Positions 1 to 12,070 of a stretch of DNA of 28,152 bases are shown piece by piece (position 1 is the first letter of the stretch; each line of letters opens with the position of its first letter). The notes below the pieces were generated by a model. The model saw nothing but the letters and a program-made list of their open reading frames with translations, had not been told where the DNA came from and did no database searches. The position numbers were made by a program, and so were the translations under genes. This stretch comes from Cyanophora paradoxa CCMP329 (Eukaryota > Plantae > Glaucophyta): assembly GCA_004431415.1 (NCBI GenBank), contig QPMI01000598.1, positions 1-28,152 of the forward strand, given 5' to 3'.

Positions 1-674
1 GCCGCCTTATTTAATCCCATCTCCCTCCTAACTGGAAGCCCTGCTCCTTCTCCCGCCCCCGCCCATGCCCCTTCTGCTGCCAACCAAGACTCCAATCTCT
101 CCACCTTCTCCAGTGACGGGCCTGTCTCTTTCGGGCCCCTGCCACGAGCTCCGCCCGCTGGCCTGCGCGAGTACTTCGGCGTACCTTCGCGCGACGCCCT
201 CCTCTACGAACGTGCTGTGGCTGCACTTCGCCGAAATGTCTACCAGGCATGTCATGCTCCCCCTCCGGAGCTCCTGCAACCAACTCACTTCGCATCAGGA
301 GGGTCACCTCTACCTCTTTGCAGGCCACGTGGCGTTTGGCAGCTTCAGCGGTTCGTATAGGGAATCATTCCCGCATGAGGTCATCGAGGCTGTCGAGAAG
401 GTGGCGTCCACCGACTCTATCACCTCGTGCTGCATACCTTTGTGCTGACTGGAACTTCTCAGGTGGCTCCATCCATGGATGTTGCTCGCTCGCGGATCCG
501 GATACGTCACAGGTAATGCTGCACATGGAATGGGTGTTTTTGCATGGCTGAGCTTTATGCAGTGGTGGGAAAGAGCTTGTTCTGGTCTCAGAGAACAAGC
601 GAGATGTCGTCTTTGAAGCCATACTAGCTGCCGCCCTGCCCAAGAACAACAAGATCCGGACAGGGAGACTCTAG
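1..674 (+). CDS. 3' portion of a spliced GRAM (PH-like) domain protein
   Basis: Joined exons read EGHLYLFAGHVAFGSFSGSYRESFPHEVIEAVEK|VAPSMDVARSRIRIRHS|GGKELVLVSENKRDVVFEAILAA...RL*, matching the GRAM pattern GxLY..F.S..I..IEK..I.I..RD; GT-AG introns near 401-460 and 513-561; stop TAG at 672-674. 5' end uncertain or outside the window. Confidence 0.6.
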
Positions 675-1113
675 GGCATAATGCCCCACCCACCCCACCC
701 CGCCGAAACCAAGGCCGAGATTGATCGAAATCGAAAATCTGATTGCTCTGCCATGTATAGTATCTGGTCAAGGTACGGCCCTTAAGCTTAAGCTTGTCTG
801 ATCGCGAAGCCTTTTGAAGCCTTGAAGGCTTGGCCGAAGGCTCGGCCTATCCTATAATTATACAATTCAACGTTACAAGTAGTAAGGCAAGCTTAAGTAT
901 GTATCACCTGAGCCGGCGCCCGCGGCCGGCGCCTCTTTTTCAGGTGGCGTTCGAAAACTTTTTTGTTCCCACCCCGTTTCAGGATATCGATTTGAGAGAG
1001 AACTAATGAGGTACTACGGTGTGCATAGTGCAGCTCGTACTACGGTAAGGACCCTCCCTCACATTCGATCAGCGCCCCCCCCACCCCCCCCCCAGCGTCA
1101 CATTCCCGTACCC

Positions 1114-2113
1114 ATGGCGTTCGCCTGCGCCGCGCCCCCGCGTCCCTCACGGACGCCCCGAGCGCTGTTTGCACCTGCAGAGGCCTCGTACACAAACGCT
1201 GCGAAGCAGAACAGGAAGCAGCACGAATCTCGCCAGTGGGTAGCAGGCAAGCCCCTCCGCACAACATGGCAGCACCAAGCGGAGAAACGTAGCTTTGATT
1301 CCAGCCGTAGATGTAGCAAGCGCTCGAGCGTCCCGTTCGCGTCCGCGGACTCCAACGCGCGGCGCGAGATCGAGGGCAAGGACCAGGAGCCGGGCTCTGA
1401 GGCGATGCCGTTCGCCTGGGTTCCTGAGGAGTCGGTGCGTTCCTCTTGCGCGGCTACGTGCCTCGCGCCTCACTGATGTGAGCTACCGCGTCGTACTCGC
1501 TGAGATTCTTTCGGGCTGTGCGGCGTACTTCTCTAGCTAAGCTCCTATCTAGACCTCTAAGACACTTTCAAGTCTCCTACGCACTCGATCGCGTTCCCGC
1601 GTGTGCCTTGCCTGTCGCGGCATGTTTCTGCCACACCGTTCCTTTTCCTTTTTTGCAGCCTCAAGATCTCTTAGTATGGGGAATGGCTCTCGCACTAGAA
1701 CCCACGATACAGTTCTTTTCTGATGATTCTTGGGTTCGCAGATGAAGCCTTTCGCCGATCCCCTCTACGTCAAATTTGAGGACTGGCCGACTATGATGGA
1801 GTTGAAACGGGACGAGCGCGCCCCTGTGCTTCCCGACGTGCACACAGAATCAGTTGAGGAGTTCCTGCGTCGGATAGGCCGGCTAAAGGACAAAGTCGCC
1901 CCATGGGAGGACGACGAGTTCGATGAGGAAGTGCGCCGGATCTTACGAGTGACCCTCTATTAAACATCTCTCACGCCCACTCCGCAGGACGAGGACGAGG
2001 ACATCTTGGAAGGGGATGAGTTCTCTGAGATTCTGGACTATATTGGCGATGTGGAGGACGACGAGGACGACCTGCAGTCCCTGATCGACATCGACCGTGA
2101 CACGCCCCTGTAG
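1114..2113 (+). CDS. Spliced hypothetical protein with transit-peptide-like N-terminus and highly acidic C-terminus
   Basis: ATG at 1114 (MAFACAAPP...RR..VPFASA); donor gtgcgt at 1435; micro-exon PQDLL near 1659-1673; exon MKPFADP...DEE 1742-1930; intron 1931-1987; last exon DEDEDILEG...DRDTPL* ending 2113. Confidence 0.6.
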
Positions 2114-2399
2114 ATACGATTGCTGCCCGGATAGTTCGAAGAAGATAGTTCGGATTGTTGCTTCGCCGCGTGAGCAGCAAGGCGCGAACGCGCCGGGGGT
2201 GCGCAGACAAAGGCGATCCCCTCCGGGTCGCCCATGAGTGTTCCCATTTCAACTGTATTTACGAACCCAATCTATCACACACTGCACCTGAATCTGCTGC
2301 ACAATCTACAGCATCCAAAACTGCTCGAAAGACCTCTACAGGTTGCAATCTTGGCCGTGGGAGGGAAGGAAGAGAAAGGAAGAGCGAAAGTCGGGGCAT

Positions 2400-3248
2400 C
2401 CGGCATTACTGACTCGACTCCAGGTCTGGAAGTGGGAGAGGTCGTGAGCCCGACCTTGGTAAGCAGCTCGGCCTGCTCTTTGGAGCAGTTCTTGAAGCCG
2501 CCACACGCTTGAAGCAGTGTGTCGCCTTGCACTCGCAGTCGAACGGGCACTCCATCGTGTACTCTGAGGAGAGGGAAACGATCAGCGAACCGAGAGGGAC
2601 ACGCGCGACCGTCGAGCGGGATAGGGCACGTAAGCCACGAGGGATTCAGCAGCGCGCAACTGCATGTCATAGACATGATACGCACCGGTAGTGAGATAGT
2701 TGAAGGTCAGCTCGCCGCCGGCCTTGATTGGCCGCCGGGCGTAGAAGTGAGGTCTTGAAGTCGAACGCGGTGCTCGGGTCACAGCTGACGGACTGCATCT
2801 CAATACAAGGCGTCTGAATGACCTGAAAACGGGCGCTGACCTGTGTTCATGAACGCGCAGTCCGTCCCGGTGGGTCCAATACCGGCCGTTCGAAATGGTA
2901 ATCGCGTACTTGCTGCGAGTGCGAACAGTGTGTAAATAAAGCGACAGAAAGGGCGACGAGCGCCAGCGCAGACCTGTTGATGGGCACGATGGGAAGGCCC
3001 GATAGCTGGCGGCAGCGTCAATTCGCCGCCGCGGCGTCGGCGGACGCTGGCACGTACGGAAAATATGGTCTCGCCCTCTCCGATATCCGTGGTGGCTCGA
3101 CTATGCTGCGCGACGGCGTCGAATGACGTTGACGCCTAACAGGCGAAGCACGTACCTGCCGAGGTTCCCGCCGAGGAAGTGACCTTCACCTGTGCGAGTA
3201 TCCAGGCGCATTGCGAGCGGGCTCCTCGAGATTGCCCAGCGAGCCCAT
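2400..3248 (-). CDS. Small SET-domain protein (lysine methyltransferase-like) with post-SET cysteines
   Basis: Minus-strand exons give ATTDIGEGETIF, FMN(H)S|CDPS across an intron (one base missing), ARRPIKAGGELTFNY, then TCSC and CGGFKNCSKEQAELL. NHSCDP and ELTFxY are SET signature motifs. Both ends approximate. Confidence 0.75.
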
Positions 3249-3573
3249 CTTGCTACGCGGTACGTACTCTATCGCCCAATCGAAAACCGATTGTACCCTC
3301 CCCGACTGGACAGTGCACGGGGCGGGCCGGGCGGGCCCGCGCCGGCGCCACGAAACTGGCCGGCGCCGAATTTCGAGGCGCGAAAGACCAGATCGATCAG
3401 AATGCACGTGCTTTAAAATTTGCCGCTGCATCTGCAGCGCTAGCTCTAGCGCTATGCTAGCTTCATCCTTCTCTCCCCCTCCTTCAAATTCCGAAGTTCC
3501 CCCCCCCCCGGCAAGCCGAAAAAAAGGAATCGGCAGCAGCAGTACTAGTGCAGCTCGTAGACGCGTTGCAGCC

Positions 3574-4547
3574 ATGAGCACGGCGCGCTACAATGTGTTC
3601 CCGACGCGTATGACACTCGGAGTGATGAAGCAGAAGTACGTGGGCGCCGTCAAGGGTCACAACCTGCTCAAGAAGAAGTCCGATGCCCTCACGATGCGCT
3701 TCCGCGCGCTCATCGGCAAGATCATCGAGACGAAGGAGCAGATGGCGTGCAGATGAAGCAATCGTTCTTCTCGCAAGTCGAGGCGAAGTATGCAGCTGGC
3801 GACGACATCAAGTACTCATCATACAGAACGTCGATAAGGCGACGCTCAAGCTAAAGATGCGGGTATGAGCTGCGCGCGCGCTCCGCCGCGGCGCATCCTG
3901 AGCAGCCTCCACGACCTTTCCAGCCGACAACGTTGCTGGCGTGCAGCTGCCTATCTTCGAGCAGTTCGCGGAGGGTTCCGATGGCACTGAGCTTACCGGC
4001 TTGTCGAAAGGCGGCCAGCAGGTTCAGAACTGCAAGCAACTCTTCGTGAAGGCGATGGAGCTGCTCGTTCAGCTTGCGTCCCTGCAGACCGCTTTCATCA
4101 CCTTGACGAGGTGCAGCTGAGAAACCATCTTTCCGTGCGGCTGCGCTCACCCGCCTTGCAGGCCATCAAGATTACGAACCGCCGCGTGAACGCTCTGAGA
4201 ACGTCGTGAAGCCGAAGCTTTCGAACACCATCTCGTATATCATCAGTGAGCTCGATGAGCTGGAGCGTGAGGAGTTCTTCAGGTGCGCTCTTGGTTCTCG
4301 TGGAGTCCCTGCACTGGATGTCTGATCGCTGGCGCAGGCTGAAGAAGGTGCAAGGCAAGAAAAAGCGAGACGTAGAAGAAGAGCAGGCGGCACAGGCGCT
4401 GAAAGACGCGAGCTCCAAGCGATCAGGCTCTCAGGCTTCCAGCATTCTGGAAGAGCACTCTTCGAAAGAGGGTTCGTTGCTCCTGGAGGCTTCCTACACG
4501 CCCTTTCATGCTGATGGCTTTTTTCGGACGCAGATATCATCTTCTAA
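3574..4547 (+). CDS. ATP6V1D: V-type proton ATPase subunit D
   Basis: MSTARYNVFPTRMTL...GAVKGHNLLKKKSDALTMRFR, DNVAGVQLPIF, LASLQTAFITLDE|AIKITNRRVNAL, YIISELDELEREEFFR|LKKVQ, ending DIIF*. Introns at about 3863-3923, 4111-4161, 4283-4337 and 4472-4533; several 1-nt indels. Confidence 0.97.
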
Positions 4548-5808
4548 GCAACCTTATCGCTCTCTTATCGCCATCCTCCAATGCCCTCTTCCCGTTTCCT
4601 TTCCTCTCTTCCTCATCGTCGTTCCTCAGACTGTGTCCCGAACCAAATCTGCTCTTTCTAAGCTACGGGCGCGCGGACCACTCTGGTATTTTCGGGTACC
4701 AGTGGAATAGCGTAGGGGCCTGCGCATGCACAAAACGCTAGCCTAGTAGGTGTTTAATTTGGCACTGGTATTTCCACCATGGGATTGGGGCGGGGAAACA
4801 CAGCTTCTAGAAGCTCTAGCACGCCGTGACGAGCTCCTCAAAATCTCTCCCCCCCTCTTGTTGCATTAGGGCCGCCTAGTAGCTTTGATCGCATTTGACA
4901 CATACGAAAACGCAGGTCCGGCTACAAGTGTGGAATGTACACTGCGGCCGCCGCGCCGCGGGCCCAGCCCACCAGCAAGCTGGCCAGCCGGCCCTGCGTG
5001 GCCCTCTAAGGAGAGTAATGCGCCTCCCGCGGACACTCTAGCTGGCTAGAGCTACACGTGCCCGCACGGCGTGGTGCTGCATCGCGTCTTGCGGCGGCGG
5101 GGTCGTCTCGGGGCGGTGGCGGGAGCCCCTACAGGCCCTGGGGGGGAGTCAGCCTGCGGTGGGCGCGAAAAGGGTCAGATCGAAATCGAAAGGAATGCAG
5201 ATCCAAATCAAAGCAAACGGGGCGCACTCGATCGACGAGCCTCCCGCCAGAGGAGCGCCTGCGCGGGCGATCACCTGGGGCGGCAAGCCTAGTAGCTTTG
5301 ATCGTGATTGGAGTTGGGCCGGCCGCCGGGCGAGGTCGGACTTTGTTTTGAGTTCGTCTGTGGCCAAAGAGGTTTGACTTCGATTCCAATATCAGAGTCT
5401 GGCCCTTCGAATTCGAATTCGCGCCCCGGTGCAGCCTGCAGCCTGGCAGGCAGACTCCATGTACATGTCGGATCCCCAAGCCCGTAAAAAAAAGGCTCCC
5501 ACCAACACCCAAGACATGTTCATGACCGCGGCTGGTACCATGGGCCACCGCCTCGAGACACTGTGACATGTGGACGTTGCATAAATTGTCCACCAATATA
5601 AATTAGTTCAGCGTCTGCAGGTGATCATACGATCCGGCACTCGCCGCCAGTGCCCGGGGTGAGGCACATTACCCCCTCATAGGGAAATGCAGGCACGCGT
5701 TGCAGAGGGTAATGCGGCGGGCTGGGAGCTGAGAGCTAAGAGCCGATATCGTTTTAGTGCGTGTCAAATGCGTACTGGTTGGAAACTACAGAAGTCAGAA
5801 TTAGATCT

Positions 5809-5981
5809 AGAGTTGCGGTTACGATCGGAATCAGAGCTGCGATTACGATCGGAATCAGAGCTGCGATTACGATCGGAATCAGAGCTGTGATTACGATCGG
5901 AATCAGAGCTGCGATTACGATCGGAATCAGAGCTGCGATTACGATCGGAATCAGAGCTGCGATTACGATCGGAATCAGAGC
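5809..5981. repeat. 24-bp tandem repeat, 7 copies (AGAGCTGCGATTACGATCGGAATC)
   Basis: Directly visible; contains the near-palindrome GATTACGATCGGAATC; no spacers. Confidence 0.97.
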
Positions 5982-6014
5982 CTAGCCACGGCCTAGCCAC
6001 GGCCTAGCCACGGC
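5980..6014. repeat. 11-bp tandem repeat, 3 copies (GCCTAGCCACG)
   Basis: Directly visible, abutting the 24-bp array. Confidence 0.9.
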
Positions 6015-6319
6015 GTTATTTTCCGTCTAGGCGGGCTCGCCCTCCAGCGCCGCCCGATCGCAATCGTAATCGTACTAATCGCACAGACCTCTCGCAGGAG
6101 CATCTTCATCCGCTACGGCACCGCGTGACGCGAAGCGCCTGCTCACTGGAGTCAGCTCGTAGCTAGGCTCGGCTCCGATTCCTTTTTTCCATCAGGGCAC
6201 CAGTCCCTGCGGATTACGCTCTATCCCTAACAGCACGGTACAGTTAAAGCGTTGACGGTCTAGGAGTGTCCCGCGCGCCCGTAGCTTAGAAAGAGCAAAT
6301 GCAGTGTACATTCCACACT

Positions 6320-9300
6320 CTATCCTAGAAAGAGCATACCTGTACCCTGGCGACTAGTATCACAGGACATTGCCTTCATCTCAGAGATTTTCTCCAAGAT
6401 TTCGTCACGCTTCCAGCTCTTGAGGTTTGTGCATGTTCCATTGTGAACAAGTGCGCCTATTTGATCCATGCTGTACTCCTGCTCCAATTTCAGCAAAGTC
6501 GAGGAGAGATACAGGGGAAATTTGGCGAACCATGTGCTGGCTGACCCAGTCCACAAACTCGCTTTCAGGTATAGAGAAGCCAACTATATAGTTTTGGACG
6601 TAATCCACTGCAGGAATTGGCCTGAAAACATGGTGAGGGTTGCGGAAACGAAAACACTGAAGGACATGCTCACCTGACAGTGCATCTTGATTCCAGTGCT
6701 GCAACGAGAACCAGCAGATCCTGCTTCATCTGGTCGTAGCCATCCTTGGGCACTGCGTACAGTCATTCAGCACGGCTGCAGAATGAGGTTGCAGGATGAC
6801 GCAGGATGACCCACCTTGGACACCGAGAGTATGAGTCCACAATTGTCTGCATGCCATGTGTAATCGATGCCTCCCAAAGCCCGTCCTAGCCTGAAGAGGC
6901 ACGCCAGCTTGAAGAGGCCGCCATTGGAGTCTAATCCAGACCTAGTCTGAAGAGGCATGCCGTTCGAGTCCAGTGATGATACCTTATCCATATACTGTGC
7001 CAGCTCTTTCACAAGCACATCTGAAAGAAGGCAGTCAAAGCTGCAGCTCGAATGTGCGAATGTGTGCCAACGAGTCTGCACTTGCAGGCAACAAAGCATT
7101 GCAGCTTGCGGCGCAAAAAAGGATACTGACGTAGGGTTGAATGGAGGCCGGTCTTCTTTGTCAGGTAGGCTATCCACCGAATATCGAGAATAGTTGCTTC
7201 ACGCTATCGAGCTGTTGCGGAAGGCGAGGTCAAGAGCCGTGAGCCTGCGGTGCACAAGGCGAAAAACGAACAGGTAGAAATTGGTGCAGATGTTCAGGTA
7301 CATATGTTGCGGAGCTCTGGAACAAGGTCAACAGATCTTGCAAAGAACTGCTTTGCAGTCTCTGTCTCGTCTTTGGGCAAGAGCTTTTGTATCCTCGGCT
7401 TGAGGAGATTGAGCACATTGCAAACGAACATCAGCGATTCGGTGGACACAGTCCTGAGAACAATGCCGAACATTGATGCCTCGGAATTCAATCGTTCCTG
7501 TCGGAAATGTTTTCAATCTCTTATACAGGATATCTGAAACAAAGTCGGGACACTCTCCCACCTGGACAGCAAAATTGACTGCAATTCCACCAGCAGCGCC
7601 AACCTCAATGCCCGGTGCAAGGGCTGAGGACGAGCCAGGCTTGTTGATGAACTGGTCGCGCAGATGCACAAGGAGATTCCGCAGGCGAGGTGTAATTGCT
7701 GTGATATGGTGAGATTGCGCAGAAGGTCGATTCGCACATGAAATGGATGAACTCGCACCAGAGAATACAAACCAGTCCTGCATATCATTTGTGTGGGTTG
7801 GGCTGAGCGCAAAAAGGCTGAAAACAGTGTAAATAAAGAGATCCACAAGATAGGTCATGCCCTGAGCTCGAATTAGATAAAACGATTTCTTGCAGAAATT
7901 CAATGCACTGACATGAAAAGCATCCAGCGCAATTGGAGACAGGATCTCCATCATGCTGACATATCGTCCAACTGTCCTTATCACCCTGAGGGACGTAGGG
8001 ACAACAACAGGCCCTGCCAATGTGTCGAATCCATCTACAATTACGTGAGCATGAAGTGATTGAGGGTACAGAGGAATTTGGTTGCAAAGGTCGTACCGGG
8101 AGTTCTGCCAACAGGCGTCACGCCATCCTCCTGCTTCTCGCACAACTCCTCGTCTTGGGGAACATCAACAAGCTCCTCCTGCGAATTCATGAATGCACGC
8201 TCTGCTCAAATAATTGCAGAGAGTGCACCTCATCTATGTCGTCACCAGCCTCATCTCCACCAACACTGGCACGTTCCCTTTGCGCCTTGGCACTTCTAAA
8301 CGGGTTGGCGCCAGTCTGCAGAAATGTTCGACCAGATTCCGAAACGATGGCCTTTGCCAAAGCTCGGGATGAAGATGCCCGCAGTTCCTAGATTGCAAAT
8401 TTAGTCTGGCAAAGCTGGCAGCAAGGATTCGTTGACCTTAATTTGGGAAACGTTGAATCCAATCGGCACAGGTGACCGCTGCCATGTCTCGTTCATAACC
8501 ATGGTCCGAATAGCCTGAGATGGATCAGTCTACAAACGATTGCCCGAGGGGAGAAAAAAGTGCCTCGATTGTCTCGTGGTGGTAGTGCTCGAAGTAACTC
8601 TTGCTCTGCTCTTTGATGCACCTTCTTAATACATTGGAGTCGCTCCACTGAACTCTTCACCAGCCCTGATAAACTGCGGAAAAAAGTTACGGGCAGGGAA
8701 GACAGAAGTGCGGGGTGCTCACGTTGTTTGTTGTGTCCATAAGAGTGAGAAACTGCTCCACTTTAAGGTGTGTAAACTGAACTGTGGACAAAAACTGAGC
8801 GATTCTCCTCTGCATTGCTTCCCACATGGTTGCCGACACCTGCTGACGAGTTTCGAATCCGTAGAGCTGATAGTAAAGCGAACTACCGACCTGTCGAGTG
8901 CGACTTCGATGTCTGGAAGCTGGGCTCCTCGAGATGCTGTCGGCGCCCCAGCTGGTCGTTTTGTGGCTCCACTTTCCCTACAGTTGCACATGAGATCGAG
9001 AGATCATTTCTACTGCAAAGAGATGTCGCACAGGGACTTGGCTCGGAGCCATGAAAGCATTGCATGGTGAGAGTGCATCAAGTCCACGAAGGCAGTGAAC
9101 ATTGTCCTCAGGCATTCCTGCACTCGGTCCTCCTCAAGGCGCGTCAAGAGATCCTTATATTTGGTCCTGCGTAAGGGAGAGGTCTCGGCCATAAATCAAA
9201 TGGCGAGGCAAGAAGCAGACTCACTTTGTCTCGGAGCCTTCTGGGGGATGGCCTTGGTGGTGGAAGATGATGCAGACCAGCAAAGGATGAGCGAGAAGCA

Positions 9301-10564
9301 AAGGATGGGTAGGTGGGTGAGGTTGGCGAAGAAGGGTTGGGACAAAGGAAGAGAGAGCCTGGGTGGCTGCCAGCTTTACAGCGTCCTCGAAGAATTCCGG
9401 AATCTGCAAAAATGTGAGAAAAAAAAGACATGATTCATGCCACAAGCAATACCGCCAACCTTGAAGACAACATACTGCATCATTCGCATCGACTCGTATG
9501 CCGCCAAAACCCGCTGGTACGCGGCAGAATCGAATGCCCTGCACAATCGCGACAGTGCCTGCTCGACATGGACCTGGATCTCCTTCATGGTGTCCTGCAT
9601 GGCATCTGCAAGAAGCCGCATGGGTGCCAGGTGCTTGAAGCGCTGAGCCTCTTTTTCGCAATCCTTGCAGTGGCGATAGGCTTCAGCGTAGTCGCCGCTT
9701 GCAAGAGCAGCCCGCATCGCCTCATGCATCTGCACAGCCCCTTCCATCTGCTTTAGCACCGCAGTGATGCCCTGAACTCGAGGTCAGCACAATGGGTGTG
9801 GTTTCACGGCAAACTCAAAACGAAGCAGAGACGCACGGATAACATGTTTCGCTTCTGGAACTTGGTAAGCACAGAGAGCCCCCCGCAACAAGCTCACGCT
9901 CCGATGTAGCTAGAACTTTGCGACTCGTCCTGCACAGTTCGACCGTGCTCGCAAGTCTTCCTCCAGGTGGATATCATGTCCAGCTGCTCCACTGACACAG
10001 CAGCAGTTAGTGAGGCAAGGACACTGCGGACTTCATGCGCACTGAAATCATCATGCTTGGTAAACACCGAGTCTGCAAGCTTTGCCGAGACAGCGCGCAG
10101 TGAGCGCTGCTTGGCACGAAGCTCCGTCTCCATCATCGCCTCATCCGCAAGAGCAGGGAGGCGCTCCAGCACAGCGCGTACTCCGTCGTAGTGTGGCTGA
10201 TAGTACGCCTCGTGCAAACTCTGCATGGCCTCGACGTCTTCCAAAGGGTCGTCCGTCGACCGGAGCGGCATCTGCGGGATCGAATCAAAAGTCGCATAGT
10301 GTGCTGCGTTCGAGGAAGTCTGTGCACCAGGACAGGAACGATCGGCTCGTTCGCCGTCGTCGCGTAGTTGAAGAACAAAGGCTGCGCGGGTATCGCGAAG
10401 CGCTGATACTCCGACGCATGCGCTCCTGCCTCGCCTTCTTCGCCCGCAGGGCCAGGCTGCGCAGCGGCTGCCGCCGCCGCCGCGCCAGCAGGCCCCGCGT
10501 TCGGATCCTCCTCATCCGACGACGAGTCGATCATGCGACGCGCGGCATCGAACACGCCGCCCAT
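6320..10564 (-). CDS. VPS50: Syndetin / VPS50 (EARP complex subunit), multi-exon
   Basis: Colinear segments resembling VPS50: YYQPHYDGVRAVLERLP...AVSAKLADSVFTKH; ASGDYAEAYRHCKDC...MQDTMKEIQVHVEQALSRLCRAFDSAAYQRVLAAY; KYKDLLTRL...CLRTMFTAFVDLMHSHHAMLSW; C-terminal RPIPAVDYVQNYIVGFSIPESEFVDWV and EYSMDQIGALV. Confidence 0.9.
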
Positions 10565-10822
10565 CTAAGCAGCGCAAGGCGATTAGATTAGCTAACGAAG
10601 CAGACGAGGCCAGTGCGCTTGCCTTGCGCTTCCAGTTGTCAAAGCGGATGCCCTCCTTGCCGCCACCTTTGTCGGATGCCTGGAAGCTCATCGAACGAGC
10701 CTTATCGAAGAGCCTAGCGACAAGCGGTCAGAGGCGCTGGCAAGGCGCGCCGCGCGGACGGACCCGCCAATCGCAGCTCCAAGCGGTCTCCAGCGGCGCT
10801 CGCCGCTGCCGTCGCCTGGCTC

Positions 10823-11800
10823 ATGGACGACGGCGCCGGGTCGCTCGATCCGTACAGCGCCGCGGAGAAGCCAGCGGCCGGCGCCGCGGCGCAGCTGGCG
10901 GCGATGCGGACATCGGGCAGCTCACGCCGCGACCCGCTTTGACCGCAGATGCGAATGGGAGCGCCCTCGGAGGTGCGCCGCGCCTTCGTCAGGCTGCCGC
11001 GTACCCCCGAAAACCTGGCGTTGAGCGTTCGTCCGTTTCTTCCTTGAAGCCTCCCACGAAGGCTGCCTGCAAATAGAGAGTAAATTGCAGTCTACGAGCG
11101 CTGTCCGCTGGCGACTCCCGTCGCGAGCCGACAGGCCTCGCGCCGCAGCATGTGGCCGCGCGGCCCGCTTTCGCGCGGGCGTTCGCGTGCCAGCTGCAGC
11201 ACGGGGGTCGGAGACGCCGGAATACGTGCAGATCGCCGGCGTTCTCATCGGCGTCTACGCCCAGGGCTCTCGCGCGACTTTCCTCAGTGCGTTCGAACTC
11301 GAACCCAGTCAACACGGCCGCCGGGCCGCAGCAGTCGAGCGCTGACTCGGCTCGCGTTTTGATTTTTTGCAGTCGACGACGGGACTGGCGTGGTGGCGGG
11401 CGTGTCGTGGACGAGGATTTCTTCGAGCTATGCGAATGCCTGCGCGTGCAGGACGCACGGGGGTCCTTCGTCGTCGCGCGGGGACGAGTATCGTGGAAGG
11501 AGGAGGCCAGGCAGTTTCTCCTCCTGGAACTACAGAGCTGCACCTTGCGTCGCTCGGTAAGCTAGTAACAACGTAACAACGGAGCTGCTGGAACGTGAAC
11601 CACGGAGCCCAAATGTTTGATCCAATTGCGCATGGTTTCGAGCTTCCTCTGATCGGGGTGCGGCAGCCGAAGACAACGAGCGAGACGCGGAGGCAAAGCA
11701 CTGGGTGGATGTGGTGTCGAAGTCGCCCTTGGCGGGGACCCGCACGCCAGCAGGACATAAAGCAGATCTGCTGTGTGCATCTGAAGCGCCATCCCTATAG
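10823..11800 (+). CDS. OB-fold ssDNA-binding protein (STN1/RPA2/RMI2-like), spliced
   Basis: EYVQIAGVLIGV, VDDGTGVV directly after a ttttgcag acceptor (11372), GSFVVARGRV...RQF and DAEAKHWVDVV follow the STN1/RPA32 OB pattern; divergent from VPS50. Confidence 0.6.
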
Positions 11801-11852
11801 CTAGTTCCTCGCCCTAGATTACATTTTAGATTGCAAAATTCGACTACTTCTA

Positions 11853-12070
11853 CTCTTTCTAAGCTACGGGCGCGCGGGACCACTCCTAGACCGTCAACGC
11901 TTTAACTGTACCCGTGCTGTTAGGGATAGAGCGTAACCCGCAGGGACTGGTGCCCTGATGGAAAAAAGGAATCGGAGCCGAGCCTAGCTACGAGCTGACT
12001 CCAGTGAGCAGGCGCTTCGCGTGGCCGCCTTGGCCGCCAGCGGCCGAGCAGCCGCCGAGTCTGCCGAGCC
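11853..12070 (+). mobile_element. Solo or truncated end of the TIR element family fused to a fragment of a GC-rich repeat
   Basis: 11853-12022 is near-identical to 23600-23774 and to the reverse complement of about 6130-6295; 12022-12070 matches about 24448-24495. Preceded by TA. Confidence 0.9.

Larger units (their letters stand above)
4652..6295. mobile_element. Non-autonomous DNA transposon with about 32-bp terminal inverted repeats
   Basis: CTCTTTCTAAGCTACGGGCGCGCGGACCACTC at 4652-4683; near-perfect reverse complement at 6264-6295. No credible ORF inside; inserted between the convergent 3' ends of V-ATPase D and VPS50. Flanks CAAATCTG / CAAATGCA are only an imperfect duplication. Confidence 0.85.

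Noticed and set aside
3574-4547. Frameshifts suggesting pseudogenes or programmed frameshifting
   Set aside because: Single-base indels affect every gene, including essential V-ATPase D; most likely sequencing error, so they also cannot show the transposase is dead.
5809-5981. CRISPR-like appearance of the 24-bp palindromic array
   Set aside because: Units are head-to-tail with no unique spacers; no cas genes; eukaryotic context.
11921-11937. TAGGGATAGAGCGTAA resembles the I-SceI site TAGGGATAACAGGGTAAT
   Set aside because: Needs a gap plus mismatches and is simply part of the repeated transposon end.
11941-11975. Possible hammerhead ribozyme (CAGGG/CCCTG hairpin then CTGATGG...GAA)
   Set aside because: The core is not CUGAnGA/GAAA, and stems II and III cannot be formed.
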